A DNA stretch of 43,403 nucleotides, taken from NCBI GenBank assembly GCA_039803205.1, contig JBDRYB010000014.1, positions 4,939-48,341 of the forward strand. Reading direction: 5' to 3'. The DNA comes from a candidate division WOR-3 bacterium (GTDB taxonomy: Bacteria > Hydrothermota > Hydrothermia > JBDRYB01). Each line of letters opens with the position of its first letter. Position 1 is the stretch's first letter. The notes beneath the pieces were generated by a model. That model was not told the DNA's origin, did not search any database, and saw nothing but the letters and a program-made list of their open reading frames with translations. The position numbers and the translations under genes are program-made. Shown here one piece after another: positions 28,036-36,356 of this stretch.

Positions 28036-28122
28036 ATGAAGGACTTGCCCCACCATCATACCACCGGAGCATCCCTCCGGGGCCGGAGTATTGTCTTCCG
28101 GCAAGGGGCAGATCTGTCCTGA
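28036..28122 (+). CDS. Putative his operon leader peptide (28 aa, MKDLPHHHTTGASLRGRSIVFRQGADLS)
   Basis: Three consecutive His codons CAC CAT CAT (28051-28059) directly ahead of hisZ; followed by GC hairpins; not in the ORF track. Confidence 0.65.
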   Translation: MKDLPHHHTTGASLRGRSIVFRQGADLS

Positions 28123-28789
28123 AAAAGCCTGGTCAATTCTGACCAAAACCCATTCCATCTGTCTCTCGGCTGGCTGGTCGCCGATTCTTATGCCGCCGAC
28201 AGAAAGGGTTCAGACCTACCTTGAATTATTGGGAACGATTCCACCTGACCTAATGACCAGCTCGCACGGATTGGCTCTTCAATACGACCCCACATGTTCC
28301 GTGATCAGGATGCTCATGGATAATGCTTTACCCGGAAAGCGCGTTTTCTATTTTGCTCCAGTAAGCAGAAACGGGAGGACATCCTGGCAGATAGGGTTTG
28401 AGGTCCTGGGCGAGGAAATGCCCTATGGCGAGATTGAAGCAATAATGATGATGCTTGCAGTGATTGAGTCGCTTGGCCTCAGCGAATACAGGGTCTCCCT
28501 CGCACCACCTGGTTACGAGGGGAGAATAGTGGAAAGGACAGAGCTGGACGCGAGTTGGCTTGATTCGCTTGGGCCCCTAATAAGCCTCCTCGGAGAAAAG
28601 GCAATAATAGGAGGAGTTTTTCCCGTTAGCATGGAATACTATCGTCGGGTGCGATTCCTGATTTACACGAGAGGAGCGGGTATTCCAATCGGTGCTGGCG
28701 GCAGATATGACGGGGCCATCCCAGGGCTTTTGGGGACCGGGGGTTATCTGGACCTTGAGATACTTGGGAGAATGATATGTTTACCATAG
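28091..28789 (+). CDS. hisZ: ATP phosphoribosyltransferase regulatory subunit (short, divergent)
   Basis: HisRS-like motifs LALQYDPT, RVFYFAPV, QIGFEVLG, EYYR, GAGGRYDG; precedes short-form hisG; start codon uncertain. Confidence 0.75.
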   Translation: MSSGKGQICPEKAWSILTKTHSICLSAGWSPILMPPTERVQTYLELLGTIPPDLMTSSHGLALQYDPTCSVIRMLMDNALPGKRVFYFAPVSRNGRTSWQIGFEVLGEEMPYGEIEAIMMMLAVIESLGLSEYRVSLAPPGYEGRIVERTELDASWLDSLGPLISLLGEKAIIGGVFPVSMEYYRRVRFLIYTRGAGIPIGAGGRYDGAIPGLLGTGGYLDLEILGRMICLP

Positions 28790-29349
28790 CCATACCCAAG
28801 GGCAGGCTTCAGGATGAAGCCTTGAGTTTCCTAAGGGAACGCGGGTTCCGGATAAACAGCAACTGGGAACGCGATCTCGTTCAGGTTGCAAACGGCTACA
28901 GGTTCATTCTAGCGAAGCCAACCGATGTCGCTGTTCTGGTGCAAGAGGGATTAGCACAAGCGGGTATAACCGGGACAGACATACTTGAGGAAACTGCTCC
29001 GGAAGTGATAAGGCTGAAGAGGCTGGGTTTCGGGTTTTGCAGGTTGGCCCTCGCTGGGCCTGAAGCGCTTCCGCAGAGGCCATGGACAGTTGCAACCAGG
29101 TATCCAAATCTCGCGGCTAGATTCCTCGGCTCCAGGGACAGGATCATAATACTCAACGGAGCAGTGGAGCTCGCGCCCCGCCTAGGATTAGCACATGCGA
29201 TCGTTGATCTGGTGGCAACCGGAAAAACCCTTGAGGCAAACGGCCTAAGGGTAATAGAGTTCTTTCTTGATTGTGAGGCTGAGCTCATAGCCAATCCAGC
29301 GAGCCTCAGCTTCGGCTGGGAGGAATACTATGAGATGGCTCAACTTTGA
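28777..29349 (+). CDS. hisG: ATP phosphoribosyltransferase, short form
   Basis: IAIPKGRL, KPTDV, GITGTDILEE, VATRYPN, GAVELAP.LGLA.AIVDLVATGKTL.ANGL. Confidence 0.95.
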   Translation: MFTIAIPKGRLQDEALSFLRERGFRINSNWERDLVQVANGYRFILAKPTDVAVLVQEGLAQAGITGTDILEETAPEVIRLKRLGFGFCRLALAGPEALPQRPWTVATRYPNLAARFLGSRDRIIILNGAVELAPRLGLAHAIVDLVATGKTLEANGLRVIEFFLDCEAELIANPASLSFGWEEYYEMAQL

Positions 29350-30571
29350 GGATTTCTCTCGCGAGTTAGCGAGGGAGGATTTTGATGAACGCACGACAAT
29401 CGTGCAGAAAATCATCCGCGATGTAAAGGAAAGGGGCGACTCAGCCCTCGTGGAGTTGACCAGGCGATTTGACGACCCGAAATTCAGAGCGGAAGATCTG
29501 ATTCTAAAACCCAAACCAACCCTCTCGGGGGAGCTAGCGAGATACATGGATATGGCGGCTGAGAGGATCACTTCTTTTGCTCGCGCCACCCTGCCCTGCG
29601 TTGATCCGGATGAATTACCATCCGGCACGAGCGTGAGGTTCGTTCCTGTTAAAAGGGCTGGAATATATGTCCCGGGAGGCAGAGCACCCTATCCCTCATC
29701 TGTGCTAATGGGCGTAATACCCGCTGTTGTAGCCGGAGTAAGCGAGGTATATGTTGCAAGTCCTCCGCGTGTTAATCCAATCATAGTCCACGCCGCTTGG
29801 CTAGCTGGGGCAAAGGCTATATTTCAGGTCGGAGGAGCACAAGCGATCGCGGCCCTGGCCTTCGGAACCGAAACCATACCTAGAGTTGATTTTGTTGCTG
29901 GGCCGGGAAATGCCTATGTTCAGGAAGCCAAAAGATTGCTTTGGGGCAAAATCGGCGTGGATACAATAGCCGGACCCTCGGAGGTTTGCGTTGTGGCAGA
30001 TGAATCAGCTGAGCCAGAGCTGATCGCTTGGGAGCTGGCCGCGCAGGCAGAACACGACCCTGACGCGAGGGTTTATCCGATCCTGATGGACGCTAGACTC
30101 ATCTCATGTGTGGAGGATCACCTTTCCCAAATACTTCGGCAAACACCGAGGGCCGAGATAACCGAAATGGCCCTGAGAAACAGCTTCGGGCTTTTGGCTA
30201 GGGACGAGAATGAAGCGATCCTCGCTGTGGATGCGCTCGGGCCTGAACACCTGGTATTGATGACAAGAAACGCGGATGCTCTTGCCGAGAGAATAAAGAA
30301 TGCTGGCGCGATATTCTTGGGCAAGTGGTCACCTGTGGCCTCCGGAGATTACATAGCGGGGCCATCACACATACTCCCAACCGGAAGATGGGCAAAGTTC
30401 TCCTCTGGCTTGACACCGTTGAACTTTATTCGTATCCAAGGAGTGATTTCATGGAAACCCGAAGATCTGGCCTCGGCTGGGCCCCCAGCCGCGGCAATAG
30501 CGAAAGCCGAAGGTTTTTGGGCACATCAGAAGAGCCTGGAGGTGAGAATTGATATGCTTGGACAACAATGA
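29330..30571 (+). CDS. hisD: Histidinol dehydrogenase
   Basis: GIYVPGG.APYPSSVLM, GGAQAIAALAFGT, GPGNAYV, AGPSE, QAEHD, PEHL, GDY.AGPSHILPT. Confidence 0.96.
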   Translation: MRWLNFEDFSRELAREDFDERTTIVQKIIRDVKERGDSALVELTRRFDDPKFRAEDLILKPKPTLSGELARYMDMAAERITSFARATLPCVDPDELPSGTSVRFVPVKRAGIYVPGGRAPYPSSVLMGVIPAVVAGVSEVYVASPPRVNPIIVHAAWLAGAKAIFQVGGAQAIAALAFGTETIPRVDFVAGPGNAYVQEAKRLLWGKIGVDTIAGPSEVCVVADESAEPELIAWELAAQAEHDPDARVYPILMDARLISCVEDHLSQILRQTPRAEITEMALRNSFGLLARDENEAILAVDALGPEHLVLMTRNADALAERIKNAGAIFLGKWSPVASGDYIAGPSHILPTGRWAKFSSGLTPLNFIRIQGVISWKPEDLASAGPPAAAIAKAEGFWAHQKSLEVRIDMLGQQ

Positions 30572-31460
30572 GTGCCCGTGGGATATTCTGAAAGAGGCTA
30601 AGGCCGAAATAGCCTCCAGTATACCTTGGAACCGCTACCCCTCGGCTGAGGCGGAGTCCTCCCTTATCAGACGACTAGGTGAATATCTCCTGTGGGAGCC
30701 GGAAAACATCCTCCTGACTAACGGTGGAGATGAGGCAATTCTTCTCTTGACCATCATCTCCAGTGGCAAGGTAATAGTTTCCAGGCCCGGGTTCAGTGTT
30801 CCCGAAAGGATAGCGAAGGCCCTTGGGAGAGAGGTTGAACCTGTAGCTCCGAGAGATATTCCACTCCGCAGGGGCGGGCTCGCGTGGCTAATTTCACCGC
30901 ACAACCCGTTGGGTTTCATGTATGATCAGGAGGAGATAACCTCCGCAGCTGAGAATTACGGGATGGTCGGGGTTGACTGCGCCTACTGGGAGTTTTCCGA
31001 AACCCGACCATGGGAAGGCATTCCTGATAGGAAAAACATCCTCTTTATCGGAACCTTTTCAAAGGCTTGGGGCATTGCTTCCCTGAGGCTAGGGTATATT
31101 CTGGCTCGAGATGGGATCAGCGCGAAGATCAGGCAGGCACGGCTTGACTATCCTGTCAATGGCGTTGCTCTTGCCGCGGCCTCATGGATGCTGGGGAACA
31201 TTGAATTGGTAAGGGAAAGGGTAAATAAGATAATCTCTGAGAGGGAAAGAATCAAAAGATCCCTCAGGGGCTTGGTTGACGAAGTCTTTGATACCAGGGC
31301 CAATTTCGTGACCTTCCGCGCCAGACCGGGCCTGAAGGAAGACCTTGCGAGAAGGAGAATTTTGATAAAGGAATATGAGGTAGGTTTATACCGAGTTACC
31401 GTGGGAAAACCAGAAGAAAACGAGGCTTTTCTGTTCGCTATAAAGGAGATGCTTTCATGA
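30549..31460 (+). CDS. hisC: Histidinol-phosphate aminotransferase (N-terminally short)
   Basis: LDNNE.P, NRYP, NGGDEAI, SPHNPLG, DCAYWEF, TFSKAWGIASLRLGY, RVTVG. Confidence 0.9.
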   Translation: MICLDNNECPWDILKEAKAEIASSIPWNRYPSAEAESSLIRRLGEYLLWEPENILLTNGGDEAILLLTIISSGKVIVSRPGFSVPERIAKALGREVEPVAPRDIPLRRGGLAWLISPHNPLGFMYDQEEITSAAENYGMVGVDCAYWEFSETRPWEGIPDRKNILFIGTFSKAWGIASLRLGYILARDGISAKIRQARLDYPVNGVALAAASWMLGNIELVRERVNKIISERERIKRSLRGLVDEVFDTRANFVTFRARPGLKEDLARRRILIKEYEVGLYRVTVGKPEENEAFLFAIKEMLS

Positions 31461-31981
31461 CACGCTTAGAGAGACGAACCATGGAGACATTGGTAGTGAT
31501 TGAACTGGCTCTTGAACCCGGTAAGATTGAGGTAAAGACAGAGTATGGAATGCTGGATCACTTCCTGAACACTCTAGCCAAACACGCTGGCTGGACCCTC
31601 ATTTTCAGGGCAGAAGGGGACCGGACCGAGGACAAACACCACCTAACCGAGGATGTTGCCATAGCCCTCGGCCAGGCTTTTGGCAAGGCTTTGGGCGAGA
31701 GAAAGCTCGCCAGGTTTGGGCACGCGCTGGTTCCCATGGATGAGGTGCTGGTCAGGGGAGCCGTTGATCTGGCTGACAGGGCTTTCTTCTCCTCCAACAT
31801 GGCTGATCCGCTCTTTCACCACTTCATGAGGAGCTTCGCATTTGCAGTCCCCATGACCCTCCACCTTGATGTCCTCAAACAGGGCGAACCCCACCATGAA
31901 ACTGAGGCTTGCTTCAAAACCTTGGCCCTGTGCCTGAAACAGGCAACCAGACCCGCAGAGGAATTTCCGACGGTAAAATGA
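31457..31981 (+). CDS. hisB: Imidazoleglycerol-phosphate dehydratase
   Basis: RRTMET, LDHFL, DKHHLTEDVAI.LG, PMDE, HHETEACFK. Confidence 0.93.
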   Translation: MTRLERRTMETLVVIELALEPGKIEVKTEYGMLDHFLNTLAKHAGWTLIFRAEGDRTEDKHHLTEDVAIALGQAFGKALGERKLARFGHALVPMDEVLVRGAVDLADRAFFSSNMADPLFHHFMRSFAFAVPMTLHLDVLKQGEPHHETEACFKTLALCLKQATRPAEEFPTVK

Positions 31982-32568
31982 AAAGGGTTCTCATCCTCAA
32001 CTACGGAGCGGGCAACCTTTTTTCGGTTGCCAGGGCTTTTGAGGCTTTGGGCGCTCTCTCGGAAATATCTGAGGAGCCCTACAAGATCCTACGCGCTGAT
32101 CTGGTTGTCCTGCCGGGTGTTGGCCACTTTTCAGTATTGGCGCAATCCCTTGAGAAAGGCCTTGGTGGGACACTGATGGAACGCTTGAATCTTGGAGGCA
32201 AAATCCTGGGGATATGTCTCGGAATGCATATCTTATACGAAGGTAGCCAAGAGGCTCCGGGGTTTAGGGGCATGGGAATATTCCCCGGCGAGGTATTGGC
32301 GTTCCCTCAGGGCATGAGGGTTCCCCACTTGGGTTGGAACACCATAAGAGAGACAAGCGCGGATTGGCTAAGAGATTTTCGGGGCAAGCGCCTCTATTTC
32401 GCGCACAGCTACTACTGCCCGCCGCCGGGCGACGCCACAACAGAACACGAGGGGATAGATTTTGCATCGGTTATCAAGCAAGATGGGGTCATCGGGATCC
32501 AGTTTCACCCCGAAAAGAGTGGTCCAGAGGGCTTGGAATTTCTAAGGAGGATATTGTCATGGAAGTGA
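31978..32568 (+). CDS. hisH: Imidazole glycerol phosphate synthase, glutaminase subunit
   Basis: Start ATG 31978 overlaps the hisB stop; YGAGNL.SV, LPGVG.F, GICLGM, VPHLGWN, YFAHSY, QFHPEKSG. Confidence 0.95.
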   Translation: MKRVLILNYGAGNLFSVARAFEALGALSEISEEPYKILRADLVVLPGVGHFSVLAQSLEKGLGGTLMERLNLGGKILGICLGMHILYEGSQEAPGFRGMGIFPGEVLAFPQGMRVPHLGWNTIRETSADWLRDFRGKRLYFAHSYYCPPPGDATTEHEGIDFASVIKQDGVIGIQFHPEKSGPEGLEFLRRILSWK

Positions 32569-33251
32569 TACCAGCGATAGACCTCCTGGGTGGAAAATCT
32601 GTCCGTCTGATCAGGGGCTCGTATGAGGATGTCATTGTCTATGGCAAACCCATTGAGTGGGCGAAAAAATGGGTTTCTATGGGAGCCAAGCGCTTGCACA
32701 TTGTTGATCTGGATGGTGCCAGAGAGGGTAGGCCCGCGCACCTTGACACGCTATCAGAGATAATCAGGGTGGGAGTTCCGGTTCAGTTTGGAGGAGGGAT
32801 AAGGTCTCCTGAGATCGCTGAGGAACTCCTTATGATTGGAATAGAGAGGCTGATCGTTGGCACTGCATTCTGGGAAAGTCCGGATTCTTTCGCGCATCTC
32901 CGCGAAAAGATACTACCCGCTCTGGACATAAGGGATGGCTTGCTCGTTGCATCCGCTTGGCAGAGAGGGATTATGAACATGAATGAGGCCCTTCATCTGC
33001 TTCGGAAAAATCGCATGAATAATGCGTTTCTCACTGCAGTATCAAGAGACGGGACCCTGGCGGGACCGGACATCGGGCTGGTTGAGAAAATCGCATCTGA
33101 GGGGTTCACATTGACAATCGCTGGCGGTATAAGCAGGCTGGAGGATCTGGCTCTGATTTCAAGAATTGCCGGGGTTGAAGCCGTTGTCGTTGGAAGGGCG
33201 CTTTACGAGGGTATCTTAAAGGAGGTCTTGCCTTGCTGGCCAAAAGAATAA
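32559..33251 (+). CDS. hisA: ProFAR isomerase
   Basis: Start ATG 32559 after AGGAGG; IPAIDLLGGKSVRL, LHIVDLDGA, QFGGGIR, RDGTLAGPD, GRALYEG. Confidence 0.95.
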   Translation: MEVIPAIDLLGGKSVRLIRGSYEDVIVYGKPIEWAKKWVSMGAKRLHIVDLDGAREGRPAHLDTLSEIIRVGVPVQFGGGIRSPEIAEELLMIGIERLIVGTAFWESPDSFAHLREKILPALDIRDGLLVASAWQRGIMNMNEALHLLRKNRMNNAFLTAVSRDGTLAGPDIGLVEKIASEGFTLTIAGGISRLEDLALISRIAGVEAVVVGRALYEGILKEVLPCWPKE

Positions 33252-33982
33252 TAGTGTGCCTGGACACCAGGGATGGAAGACTGGTAAAGGGGGTTCGTTT
33301 CAAGAGCCTCGTTGACCACGGATCTCCGGCCGAGGCCGCGATGAGATACTACAACGAGGGCGCGGACGAGATATGCTTTCTGGATATCTCGGCAACCCAA
33401 GAGGGAAGGCTAGCGCTCGCAGATGTAGTAAAGGATGTTGTGAGAGGGGTTTTTATACCCCTCACTGTGGGCGGCGGAATAAAAAATCTCAGTGATATTC
33501 GCGTCCTTACCGGCTCTGGCGCGGACAAGGTATCATTGAATACGGCCGCCGTGGAGAACCCAGGCCTCATTGAGGAGGTTTCACGACTACTTGGTTCCCA
33601 GAGCGTTGTCATAGCCATAGACGCCGCTAGAACTCCGGATGGTTTCCGCGTCTTCACTCACGCGGGCACTAGAGAGACACGCCTCAGGCCCGACGAGTGG
33701 GCGAGCGAAGCAGTATCTTTGGGAGCAGGAGAAGTCCTCCTGACCAGCATAGACGCGGATGGGACTCAGGAAGGTTATGACATTGAACTCCTCCGGACGG
33801 TGAGAAGGGCTGTTAATGTTCCTCTGATAGCCTCTGGTGGCGCGGGGAAACACGAGCATTTTCTGGAGGCTTTCTCAGCGGGGGCGGACGCGGCCCTTGC
33901 CGCATCGCTCTTTCACGAGGGAAGGATGAGCATAGGGGGGCTTAAAAATTACCTGAGAGAAAAAGGGGTAGCAGTCCGATGA
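33233..33982 (+). CDS. hisF: Imidazole glycerol phosphate synthase, cyclase subunit
   Basis: LAKRIIVCLD, VKGV.F, GADEICFLDISA, IPLTVGGGI, GADKVSLNTAA, TSIDADGT..GYD, IASGGAG. Confidence 0.96.
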   Translation: MLAKRIIVCLDTRDGRLVKGVRFKSLVDHGSPAEAAMRYYNEGADEICFLDISATQEGRLALADVVKDVVRGVFIPLTVGGGIKNLSDIRVLTGSGADKVSLNTAAVENPGLIEEVSRLLGSQSVVIAIDAARTPDGFRVFTHAGTRETRLRPDEWASEAVSLGAGEVLLTSIDADGTQEGYDIELLRTVRRAVNVPLIASGGAGKHEHFLEAFSAGADAALAASLFHEGRMSIGGLKNYLREKGVAVR

Positions 33983-34581
33983 AACCTGATTTTGAAAAAA
34001 TGAACGGGCTCTTGCCGGTCGTGGTGCAAAACGCCAGGACAGGCGAGGTTCTCATGCTTGGATACATGAACCAGGAGGCTCACGATAAGACCACCGAAAC
34101 AGGGCTTCTTCACCTATGGAGTCGCTCAAGGGGATCGCTGTGGCTCAAAGGAGAGAGCTCGGGCCATCTCCACAAGGTAGTTGGACTCATCCTTGATTGC
34201 GATAGGGATGCCTTGCTTGTTGAAACACTGCCAAACGGACCAACATGCCACACGGGCGAAATTTCCTGTTTCCACAACATCGTCAAGGGCTCCGGATTTG
34301 AGGCCTCCAAACTGAGAGAGCTTGAGGATATTATAAGAGACCGGTTGTCCAGACGGCCCGAGGGCTCATACACCTGGAACCTGACGAAACAAGGGCGAGA
34401 AAGGGTTGCCAAGAAGATAATTGAAGAAGCTGGCGAGGCGGCCTTGGCTTACCTTTCCGGGAGCGACGAGCGCTTTCTTGAGGAAGCCGCTGATCTGGTT
34501 TATCACCTCCTCATATCCTTGGCTGAAAGGGAGCTGAGTTGGTCAGGAGTTGAAGAGGTTCTGAAACGGAGAAGAAAATGA
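33979..34581 (+). CDS. hisIE: Bifunctional PR-AMP cyclohydrolase / PR-ATP pyrophosphatase
   Basis: GLLPVVVQ, WSRSR..LWLKGESSG, DCDRDALL, PTCHTG..SCF, KKIIEEAGE, EEAADL.YH. Confidence 0.95.
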   Translation: MKPDFEKMNGLLPVVVQNARTGEVLMLGYMNQEAHDKTTETGLLHLWSRSRGSLWLKGESSGHLHKVVGLILDCDRDALLVETLPNGPTCHTGEISCFHNIVKGSGFEASKLRELEDIIRDRLSRRPEGSYTWNLTKQGRERVAKKIIEEAGEAALAYLSGSDERFLEEAADLVYHLLISLAERELSWSGVEEVLKRRRK

Positions 34582-34639
34582 ACGAAAACGCATTTCACCT
34601 CTCAAGCTACAGTGTGCCTGAAGGGGGTTCGGGTAGAAA

Positions 34640-36250
34640 TTATGAATCAGTCTGTTCTTTGAAAGCCCTCTTTCTGAGCCTCTCGTAATATTGCCTGTAT
34701 TCGTCAACATAACGGTCATAAGGAAACTCGGGCAAAAACTCACCCCTTGCCAGTTTCTGAGCCTGAGCGAGATAATCCTTCTTTTCGGCTGGATCGAGGG
34801 TCGCGTCAGCAAGTCGCATTAGATTCTCAACTTCAGAAAAGTCAGTCCACACATCACCATCAAGTTGGTAAAAATCCCCCTTTTTGCTGATAATATCACG
34901 CCTCCCCAGGTTTCTTCTTATAGTATCTATTGCGACATAGAGCCTGTATCTAGTTTTCTCATTAAATTTGGTTCCGGGCCACAGGAGGTAAAAAAGGTGA
35001 TCTATGGCCAACCTGTGTTTCGGCGACAGCAAAAGATACACGAAGACCTTTATGGCACTCTTTCTGGTCCAGGACATCACCTGAATCTCCTTCCCATCCA
35101 GGAAAACCCTGAATCCTCCTATAAGGGTGGCTTTTAATCCCCGTTCACTTCTGAAACTCGTCTCCCCTTCTGTAAAAGATTCTACTCTGACCATGAAATT
35201 TCCAAGTAGGGGGTCATTTCTGAACCCCGGATGAAGAGGTAATAAGGGCATCAGAAATTTTACGGCTTTGGGGAAAACCGAGCTGTCCGTGCGCCACGCG
35301 AACCATGCGGAGGTGAGCCCTGCGAGGCATGCCTCCATGGGTTGGTATGACTTGCGGTAGTGCTCGGCCGCTGAAAGGAGCATGTCTGAGGCTTCCCCTT
35401 CATCTTCTATGAGCAGAGCTTGTATCTCTTCAGCCGCGGCTAGCCCCACAGAGCTTTCCCCCTTGACTCTTCTGAGGCATTTCCTTATGAGCTCATGCGG
35501 GGGTGGTTCAATGCCTGCAAGCCTGCTGAGCTGCAGTGCTTTCGCACAGGGGAAAACTCCCGCGGCCGAATCCAAATCTATACTCAGACGAATCGCCTCC
35601 AGAAAAGAGTCCATAGCCTCATCAAACCTGCCCATCATTCTCATAGCGAGACCTTTCATCTCTATGACACCAGAACCACTCTGAGTTCCGAATTTTTTTA
35701 ACAGCATGTCCAGCATTTCCAGGGCTTTCTGAGGCCTACCAGCGATCACTTCCAGAATGGCCAGGTAATAAAAGGCTCTTGGTTTGTATGAAGGCGTGGG
35801 ACGATGGAAGAATTTCTTTATCTCGGAACGGATTGACGAATATTCCGCCTTGAGGAATCTCAGAAAGATGAGACCCATCCGCGCCGCATCCATGGTGGCC
35901 TTTTCACCTCTCTCGTCAGCGAGCTCTAGGCATCTGAGAAAATAGTTCTCGGCCGTTTCCACCTCCCCCAACGCAGTGTAAGCGAGCGCGAAGATCTCAA
36001 ACGCTATGGGGGCGAGATCCGGCCTCCGCGCGATCTCCAAAAGGAGCTTCTGCTTTCTTCTTAATGCAGGATAAGGTGTCCGCGTTTTCGTGGTGATGTG
36101 GAGTTCCAGTAGCTCCGCGGCCAGGGGGTCATCCCCTCTCAGGTTTTCCAGGTGTTCGCCGAAAGCGGCATGCTCGCCCAAAGCGAACAACCTCAGCCCC
36201 TCTCTTATCCTCTTCACTGCCTCAGGGCTCACCCTGAGATCGTCAAGCAT
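34640..36250 (-). CDS. Transcriptional regulator: N-terminal TPR-like region, C-terminal OmpR-type winged helix and truncated BTAD (SARP/AfsR-like)
   Basis: Helical TPR-like repeats; C-terminal LIGGFRV..DGKEI...W.RKSAIKVFVYLL...LWP...LYVAIDTIRRNLG...YQL...VWTD...GEFLP; start ATG 36250 or TTG 36268. Confidence 0.78.
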   Translation of the reverse strand: MLDDLRVSPEAVKRIREGLRLFALGEHAAFGEHLENLRGDDPLAAELLELHITTKTRTPYPALRRKQKLLLEIARRPDLAPIAFEIFALAYTALGEVETAENYFLRCLELADERGEKATMDAARMGLIFLRFLKAEYSSIRSEIKKFFHRPTPSYKPRAFYYLAILEVIAGRPQKALEMLDMLLKKFGTQSGSGVIEMKGLAMRMMGRFDEAMDSFLEAIRLSIDLDSAAGVFPCAKALQLSRLAGIEPPPHELIRKCLRRVKGESSVGLAAAEEIQALLIEDEGEASDMLLSAAEHYRKSYQPMEACLAGLTSAWFAWRTDSSVFPKAVKFLMPLLPLHPGFRNDPLLGNFMVRVESFTEGETSFRSERGLKATLIGGFRVFLDGKEIQVMSWTRKSAIKVFVYLLLSPKHRLAIDHLFYLLWPGTKFNEKTRYRLYVAIDTIRRNLGRRDIISKKGDFYQLDGDVWTDFSEVENLMRLADATLDPAEKKDYLAQAQKLARGEFLPEFPYDRYVDEYRQYYERLRKRAFKEQTDS

Positions 36251-36298
36251 CCCAATGGCCGGTTTCAAGTTGATTAGAAAGGGATATCTGCCTCACCC

Positions 36299-36330
36299 TG
36301 TTAAATCTTTGTTAAATTATTTCCTATAAT
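36299..36330 (+). promoter_or_regulatory. Activator-dependent promoter: TGTTAAAT direct repeats (11-bp period) and a TATAAT -10 box
   Basis: TGTTAAAT at 36299 and 36310, TATAAT 36325-36330, no canonical -35; identical copy at 42042-42073. Confidence 0.7.
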
Positions 36331-36356
36331 ATGGGCGTGAACAAACGGAGGTTTTT

